From assembly GCA_040755855.1 (NCBI GenBank), contig JBFMAD010000004.1, positions 160,001 to 224,000 on the forward strand: 64,000 nucleotides of DNA. The letters run 5' to 3'. The notes under the pieces are model-generated. The model was not told the DNA's origin and ran no database searches. It saw only the letters and a list, made by a program, of their open reading frames with translations. Both the position numbers and the translations under genes were made by a program. This document shows positions 23,201 to 32,200 of the stretch, piece by piece. The DNA comes from Planctomycetota bacterium. Its GTDB lineage: Bacteria > Planctomycetota > Brocadiia > JAADGH01. The first letter of the stretch is position 1; each line of letters begins with the position of its first letter.

Positions 23201-26200
23201 CATCGTTAATAAAAATGTAGGCATTGTTCTGGATGCTGCCGATGGTGACAGTACCGGTCAGGTCGGCGGCTGAGTCATAGGTGTAAATGAGGGCATTGTC
23301 CTGCATGTTGCCGTCAATGGCAATGGTGCCCTTGATGCCTTCGTCTCCATAAATGCGCAGGGCGGCGTTTCCGATCATGCTTCCGCCGACGTGGAACGTC
23401 CCTTCCAGGTCGGCGTTTGTGTGAGCTACGTTGGTGCCGATATAGACGTTTCCGGCCATGTTGCCGCCGATGTCAATGCTGCCGCCCAACTGGCCGTTGG
23501 TGCGATTGGTCATAATCTGCGCTATCGCACCCATATTGCCGGTAATGTTGATGTCGCCGTTGATGTACTCGGGAAATACGAGAATTCCGTTCATGTTGCC
23601 GCCGATGTTGACCTGGCCCCCCGTCTCCAGGCGCGCCACGTTCCAACTGTTACCATAGAACCCCGCGTTCTCGCGGATGTCGCCTGCGAGGTTCATTACA
23701 AAGGTGGCCTCGAACGATGCGTTCCCATTGACGAACAGAACGCCTGTCATGTCCGGGTCGCCGGCCGTCGTCACGCTGCCGGCGGTGGTTGCTATTGTTC
23801 CGCTGAGGGTGGCGCTGCCCGGAATTACGAATTGCCCCAGAGCCCCTTCCACTTCGATTCGGCCCGTGGTGAAGTTGGCCAGACGGACGGAATGCAGGCC
23901 CGTATCGAGGTTATTGAGGGGATCATCATCCAGGTCAATGCGCGGATCGGCGCCGCCGTTGATTACGTTCTCCGACCAGAAGGAATTCAGGGTCACACCG
24001 GTGCCCAGCACGGTCTGGATGGCGTTGCCGCCCTCCACGCGCAGCATCTCGATCGTATTGCCCGTCCCGGAGTAGAGGTAAGAGTAGGGGACGTCGGTCG
24101 TGTTCCGGGTCATGGTCAGGATGCCGCCGCCCGTGGTGTTGAGCGTCAGAGTGGGGCTTCCCGACGTCAGCGTGCCGCTGTAATAGGCAAGATCCTGGCC
24201 GCTGCCGCGGATGGTTCCGGTATTTGCGCCCGCGATGCGCAGCGCGCCGCCGCGCCAGGAGGCATAGGCATCTATCTCGCCGGAGAACGCGCCGTCTACC
24301 TCGACGTCAACTACGTAGTAGCCGAGAACCTGGCCGCTCATATTGCCGGTGATGTCTATGTCGCCAAAATTCGGCACCCCCTGCCACTCGCCGCCGGACC
24401 ACGTGCCCTGGCCGAAGGAGCGAATGACGCCGGAAAAGTCGGTGACGCCATACAGGCGGAAGTCCCGCCCAAACGTGGCAAAGGCTTCGGCCGGGGGACC
24501 AGTCACCCCGGTGTATCCATCGCCCACGGCAAGGACGCCGGCCATCGGGCCTTGTACCTGAATCTGGCCGTTGAACATGCCATATGTGATGTTATCCCGG
24601 CTCCAGCCGCTCACGTTGAGGATGCGCACCTCGCCCTGATCGGACATGCCGCCGTTGTAGACCTGGGTGGCCACATACATATTCCCGCCGTTCAAGGCGA
24701 GGATCTGGCCTTGCATGGCCTCCGGATTGCCCCCGCCATAGATGTAGAGACTGGCATAGTTCGAAGAGTCGGAAATGAAGCGCGCCGTGTGGGCCATGTA
24801 GGCGTCGCCGTTGGCCGAGGAGGCGGTCCCGATGAAATTCCGGAAATAGTAGTTGATGGATCCGCCCGCGCCGAAGTTGCGATGGGTGTACAGGTCGCCG
24901 TACATGATGCCCGTGTTGTCGGTGCCGACGCTCAGGCCCCGGACCCAGGAGTTCGTCTGGAACACACCGGCCTCGATGTCAACCAGCGAGCCGGTCACCG
25001 TCGGCGCGCCGAAGTTCCCGCCGATGCGGATGTCCGCGCTGGCGTCCGTGGTGGCGCCGTAGTAGAAATGGGTGTTAATGCCGTTGATGTCCAGGACGCC
25101 CACCCAGTCCCCGGCGACCGTAACAGTCCCGAGGAAACTGCGTCCGTCTCCCGGCGAGTAGTCAATCTCGGCGCCCTCGGCGAAGTTGTTGCCGATGGTG
25201 ATCGTGCCCGCGATGCGATTGGGGCCGGTGAAGTACTGCCCGAAGCGGCCCATGAAGTTGATCGAGCCGGTCAGGTCGTGGCCGATGACGATATCGCCGG
25301 CCATGAGGTAGTTGCCCGTCTGGACGTTGCCGATGTTCAAAGCCCCCCAGAGGTCATTGTTGATCCTCATCCAGTCGCCCTCGGGCACGGGCGCGGTGTT
25401 GAGGAAGGTCACATTGCCGAGGTTGTAGGTCGTGAAGTCAGTGGCGCTGTTCCATGTGTCGAATGTCGCACCGGAGATGGAGAGACCGTCCAGGGCGCCC
25501 GCGCCGTCGTACATCGTCGCAAAGGTTCGGATCGTCTCCCAGTCATCCATACTGAGGGAACCGCCCGTCAGGATCATCGTGGGCGATTCCAAGGTCCACA
25601 AAGCGAAATCGGGGTTGATCGTGCGCCCATCGAGCATGAGGTCGAAAGTCTGGGTCATGCCCATATCTATTGACTGGAACGTGCGGATTGCAACGCCGCC
25701 CTCGCCGATGGAGAAGCTGCGCAGGGCGTCAAAGTCGCCGTAGGCCGTGCGAATTCGCCCGCCCACGGCGCCCACACCGGCGAGGCTGTTCACCCGGATG
25801 CCAACCGTGTTGGTTCCGTTGTAATTGGCGATTGTGCCAGTAGTTACAATATAGCCATCCGACCCGTTGTCCCGATCATAGACGAGGTTGTTGGCGATAT
25901 CAATGAACCCACCCATGTTGTTGGCGCCGAGGTTGATCGTGCCATGAACGACGTTGACCACGTTCAGGATGTCGCCCGCGCCGAGGGCCTCGGCTGCGAT
26001 GTTGAGGGCGCCGACGTTCAGGACTGTGAGCGTCCCCGCGCCCGCCGTCGTGAAGTCGTTCAGCAGCACGTTGTCAATACTCACGAATACGCCGGCCGCG
26101 CCGTCGTAGGTGATCCCGCCGATCACGGCGTTCAGGTCGGCCAGCGAGATGCCGTTGATGATGAGCGACGGCGATTCGTTCAGCCATCCGGCGGACGCCA

Positions 26201-29200
26201 GATTGCGACCGTCCAGCGTCAGGGCTCCCGTCGCCGCCACGCCCGCGCCGCCGTTGACCAGCGCAATGTTGTAGAGGAAATCGCGTGTGCCATTTGTTGC
26301 ATTGTCGCCGATGGTGAATGTGATGTTCCCCACGTTCAGCGCGCCTAAGTTGGTGGTGATCCGCCCACGAAGCGGATTCACATCGCTCAGCCCCTGTATG
26401 CGGACGCCGGTGAGCAGGTTGTTGCCGGCGTCGAACGTGGCGTTAGCGATCGTCCCCGTAGCCTCAATGAAGGAGTAGTCCGGCATCGTGTTGACGATGT
26501 CAATGCCGCCGGTGACATTGCCGCCGACGGTGATGCTGCCCTTGAGCGGCCAGTACTGAATAACGCCGTACTTGTCGTAGCCGTTGACCACGTCCTTGCC
26601 GAGGTCGTATGCGTAGATCATGCCGGTCATGTCGCCGCCCACGACGATCTGGCCTGTGATGTCCTCGCCCGCGCCCGGCGTTGTGTCGCCGCCCGGCATG
26701 ATCCGCCCGGACAGGTCGCCGCCGATCGTAATGCGGCCTCGAATCTCCTGCCCCGCCGCGGTCTTGATGTCGCCCGTCAGGTCGCCCGTGACCTGAATCG
26801 TGCCTTCGAGCATCTCCTCGACGATCAATACGCTCCCCAGATTGCCGCCCACACGGATTGAGTAATCGGGATGATCGAACTTCTGGAGGCGCAGGAAGCC
26901 GAGATCGCCGTTGGTGATGTCAATGCCGATCCCCGTGCTTACTTCCGCGCCGCTGTTGTAGGTGACACCCGGTACGGCCTTTACGCGGCCATCAACGCGA
27001 ATGGAGCCAAAGTCCACGTTCGCGCTCACCACGCTGTCAATGTGGTTGTCCGCGTACAACATCGTGACAATGGGCGCGCCGGCCGAGGGCGTCAGGTAGG
27101 AGTAACTCACGTCATAGACGCCGTCCCAGAAGACGCGGACATTCTGGCCGCCCACGATGAACGTATCAGACGGGTTCGGGTCAATCGTCCCGGCGCCGAG
27201 GTTCATGCCGCCGTGCAGGAAGCCGTCGAAGTAGTTCTGCGCTACGCCGCCGACGGTAATTGTCCCGGTCTGCGCCCCCTCAAGGACCAGTCCGCCGCCG
27301 GCGAAAGCTCCGGCGACGGTGAGAGTGCCGTCCAGGTCTCCCTCGAGGCTCATGACGCCGGTGATATCACCCAGGGCGCCGTCCTGATTCGTGGCGATGC
27401 TTTCGCCGGCCGCGAGGAACCCGCCTGTCCAGCCTTGGATCCAGCCCTCGATGACGAAGGTGCCGAATATCTGGCCGGTGGCGTTCACCATGCCCGACGT
27501 GGTCATCTGGTTGCTGCCCGGGCCGAAGGCTGTGACGTCGATTTCGACGCGGGAGTTGGCGTTAGCGTTGTCGTAGACGACTTCGGTGAGGTCCTCCCCA
27601 ATCCCTGCCGGGGCGGTATTGATGCCTATGGAGCTCCCTATATCGCCGAAGAAGCGGACTTGTACGGTGTCGCCGTCGCTGTCGGTGAAGGTGTAGACCT
27701 CGCCCGGGCCTATGTTGATTCGGAGGCCGCCGAACAGCGTGTTGAAATCATTGTTAGTTGTCCCGTCCGAGTCGCGGGTGTAGGTCAGCTGCGCCGCTGT
27801 TGCGGCGTCGGTGCTGAGAAAAGCGAGGTTATTGTCGGCATAGGCGCGCAATGTTCCCGTGCTGCCGGCGTTTGTTCTGACCACCACATCGCCGAACATG
27901 CCTGCGCCGCCTATACCCACGCGGGCGAGACCGTCGAACTCGCCGGAGAAGCGCATCCTTGCGCCCGCCGAGGCGTCGCCTGTGACCAGGATCGAAGCGC
28001 CCGCTGCAAACGATCCGTTGATCCCGATCGAATAGGCCCCGACGGTAGCGATGTCCCTGCCGACCGTGATCTGCGAATTAAAGTTGCCCGTCACGGAAAC
28101 GGAACCCGTCAGGTCTCTACCGACGGCAAGGGTTCCGTTCATGTCCCCGCCAACGTCCAGGCTCTCGAAGTCGGCGGTGGTGGCCACCGATCCGGCGGCG
28201 AGCAAGCCGCCCGCGCCGGTGGTGATTACGCCGGTCACATTGGCCGCTGTGATGTCGCCGCCGAGGCCGGCCGGCCCGGTGATCGTAAGGTTGTTGAGGT
28301 TCCCTGTCACGGCGAAGGTGTCGGGATTGTCGAATGCCGCGAGGGTAACCGTCCCCAGGACGTTCTGGTTGATAGTTGTCGCATCAATCGAGGGGGCGTT
28401 GATGTTCCAGAAGTCCACGTTGTTCGCGGTCAGGCCCGTGGCCGCCGCGTTCACCGTCAGATTTACCAATCCCTCGTCCCCCGTAGTCGGGCTAAGGCCG
28501 AGCGAGCCGTCAACCCGCAACACGCCGCCGGACCCCTGCACCAGCACGCTGTTGACCGGGTTGCCGCCCTCGTTCCAGGTGAAGGCCGTGCCGCTGAAGA
28601 TGTTCGTCTCGACGGAGCCGAAGATCGTGCCGCCGACGGTGAGCCGTCCCGCGCTGAGATACTGCCCCGCGCCCGAGGCGACGATGCTCCCCGCGGCTGT
28701 GATGCTGCCGCCGATGTTGATCGCGCCGGTGAAGTTCCCTGTGGAGGTAATTGCCCCCATCACGCTGGTGCCAACGGACAGCGTGCCTGCTACGTTATTC
28801 TCGAAGGACATCGCCCCCACCGTCGCCTGGCCTGTGCCCTCGGGGTCGCGCGTCTGGAGCGTTTCGCCGGCGGCGAGTTCGCCGCCCGTCCAAGAATTGA
28901 TCCAACCCTCAACGCTGAAGGAGCCGAAGACCATACCTCCCGCCGTCACGTCGCCGGCGGTCGTTACGCCGTTACCCGCATCGTCGGTGGTGATGGTGAG
29001 GTTCGATGTCGCATCCGCGTTGATATAAAGGATGCTCGAAATGTCCTGCCGCCCGAAGCCGTCCGGCACCGTCATGCCCAGCATCACCACGCTGTCGGCC
29101 GGGCCGCTGCTGTAGGTGACGGTGACCCCGTCGTTGGTGGTGTCCGTGAAGGTAAACACGTCGCCTGGCTCCAGCATTGCGCCCTGGTAGCCAAACAGGA

Positions 29201-32200
29201 CATAAGGGTCGCCGACGATCGAGGTCGCGTCGATGTCTCGGGTATAGGTGAGCTGGGCCGTGGTCGCAGCGTCGGCGGCCAGCATGGCGTTTACGTTGCG
29301 CTGGTAGCCCTGCAATGTCCCCGTGCTTCCGACGTTTCTGCCTATGACGACATTGCCGAACATCCCCGGGGCCACGCCGCTCGCGCCGACCTGGACCAGG
29401 CCGTCAAACTCGCCGAGGACGACGATCGGCCCCGCTGTCGAGGCGTCGCCTTGCACGACGATTGACTGCCCGGCCAGCAGGTCGCCGCCGACATAGATCG
29501 CGGTAACGACAGGCGTCGTTACATCCCCCGCGATGGCCACGTTGCCCAGCAGGTCGTCGCCGATGCGCAGACCGCCGGACAGGTCTCCGCCTATGGTCAG
29601 GTCGGTCAGGTCGCCGCCGATTTGCAGGGGGCCGGCCACGTTGCCGACGGTCATGGTGACGAGGCTGCCGCCGATCTGCAGAGAGCCGGTCAGGTCCCCG
29701 CCCATGTTTATGGTGTTCACATCGCCGCCGATTACCACCGGGCCGGTCACATTGCCGACGGTCATGGTGGTCAGGTCGTCGCCAATCTGCAGGCTGCCGG
29801 TCAAGTTGCTGCCAATGGCCATGTTGTTCACATCGCCGCCGATTTGCAGGACGCCGGCCATGTCGCCGGCGCCGGTTGTCATATTGGCCAGGTCGCCGGT
29901 TGTCGTGACACTGCCGGTATTCAGCACGCCGCCCGCGCCCGTGTCTATCGTGCCGATCACTCGATTCGCGGTGATGCTGCCGCCCAGCCCCGCAGCGCCG
30001 GTGATCGTAAAGTTGTTGAGGGCCGTCGTCACGCTCAGCGTGTCGCCGGCGTCGAAGTTGGTCATTGTGGCTGCGCCCTCGATGGACCTGCCCACGGTTG
30101 TCGTCGTGATGTTGGGGACAGAGAGGTCGTTCAGCGTGATGTTGGTGGTCGTTAGGGACGTTGCCGCCTGGGCGAGCGTGAGATTAGCCCTCGCCTGGGC
30201 CGCCGGATTGCCGCCCTCCTGGCCCGCCGCGCCGCCGATCTCCAGGTCGCCTTGGTCTCCCGCGCCGCCAAGTCCCACGATCTGGACGGTCTTCGTGCTC
30301 GCGCCTTCGTAGTAGGTGAACGTGGAGTCGCCCGCCATGACGTTTCTGAGTATCGTGCCGCCGCTTGAAGCGTCAATGATCCCGTCAATGTCAATCAAGC
30401 CGCTGCCGAGTGTGCCCGTCACGGCCTGGATAGTGGACTGGAGGTTGCCCGTCGCGTGGATCGTCCCTGCGATGTTTACAGTTGCGATGATGTCCCCGCC
30501 GATGTTTCCCGAAACATTCACCGGCCCGGTGAGGCTGCCGCCCACCGACAGATCGCCGTTCATGCTGCCCGAGCTGATGAGGCTGTTGAAATCGCCGGTG
30601 GTGGTGATTGATCCTGTTCCGGCCACCCCGGCGACGGCCGTCACCGTCCCGCTTATCGTGGGCGCCGAGACCGCGCCGCCGAGGGCGCCGGCGCTGATCG
30701 TCAAGTTTGCCAGGTTGCCGCTCACCGTCAGTGTGCCGCCAGCGCCGAGGCCCGTCATCGTCCACTGCGATTCGACGGCGCCGGTGATGTTGGTGGCGCC
30801 GATAGTCCCCACGTTGGCGGTGTTGAAGTTGATGTCGGTCGTGTCCAGGCTTGTGGCGTTTGTATAGAGGTCCAGGTTGACTCGGGCCTCGTTCGTCGCC
30901 ACGCCCCCCTCCTGCCCCGCCAGTCCGCCGATGAGCAAGACGCCCTGCTGCGAACCGACTGCGCCGGCGAGGCCCACCAGGTTGAGGACCTTGTTGTCCG
31001 CGCCCTCGCTATAAGTGAACAGGGTGTCGCCCGCAAGGATCGCTGTTTGGACTCGTCCGCCGTTCGAGGCGTCAATGATGCCGTCAATGTCAATCACGCC
31101 GCCGGCGATTGTCCCCGAAGGGGCGGTGATCGCGGCGCGCAGGTCTCCCGCTGAGTGGATCGTCGCGCCGGCAATGATGCTCCCGCTCGTTCGAATGTTG
31201 CCGAGGATGTCATCGCCCACGTCGAGAGCGCCGGCGAAGTTGTTCTCGAAGGTCATGGGGCCGACGGTCGCCTGTCCCGTGCCTTCTGGGTCTAAGGTAA
31301 GGATGGTTTCTCCCGCAGCCAGCTCGCCGCCGGTCCACAGTTGGATCCAGCCTTCCACGCTGAGGCTGCCAAAGACCTGACCTACGGCATAGATGCGCCC
31401 GGCGGTGGTTACGCCGTTCCCCACCTCGCCCACCGAGATGTTCACATCCGAGTTTGCGGTGGTATTGTAATAGGTGATCGAGAAGATATCCTCGCCCAGG
31501 CCGGAGGGCACTATCGCGAGCTCGATCGAACTGCCCGGATCGCCATTATAGGTCACGGTCACGGGATCCAAGTCGCTGTCCACGAAGTTGTAGACATCTC
31601 CAGGGTTCAGGACAATCTGCTGGCCAATCCCGGCGAAGACCGTGTCCGGATTGTTGTTCTGAACGCCGTCACTGTAGCGGCGATAGAGCAACTGGCCTGC
31701 CGTAACGACGTCCGTAAACAGGAAGGCCGCGGGGTTGTCGTAGCGCGCCTGGAATTTGCCCTGGCTGCCGGGGTCCGTTACCAGGAAGACATTGGGGAGC
31801 ATTCCAAGGCTTGTGCGGATATCGCCATCGTAGGTTCCGAAGACGCGGATGGGCGCGCCCAGCGAGGCATCGCCCAGGACCGAAATATACGCCGACGACG
31901 TCATGTCGCCCTGAATCAGGAACGAGTATCCGCTCGTGCTGGTGATATCTCCCCTCACCATAATCCCGCCGAAGTGCTGGCCGGTAATGATCACCTCGCC
32001 TGCCATGTCTCCGCCAAACATGATCAGCGACTTCTCCGCCGTCTCCCCCAACTCAAGGCTTCCGGAGAAAGTCCCGGTTGTCATGAATTGCGAGTCCAAC
32101 CGGCCGATCCTGAACGCCGTGCCCGCCTCCATCGCCTCCCCGCCGCGCGGGGCCATCACACGGCCCATCATCAACGGGCCGCTCACCGTCACCGAGCTGC

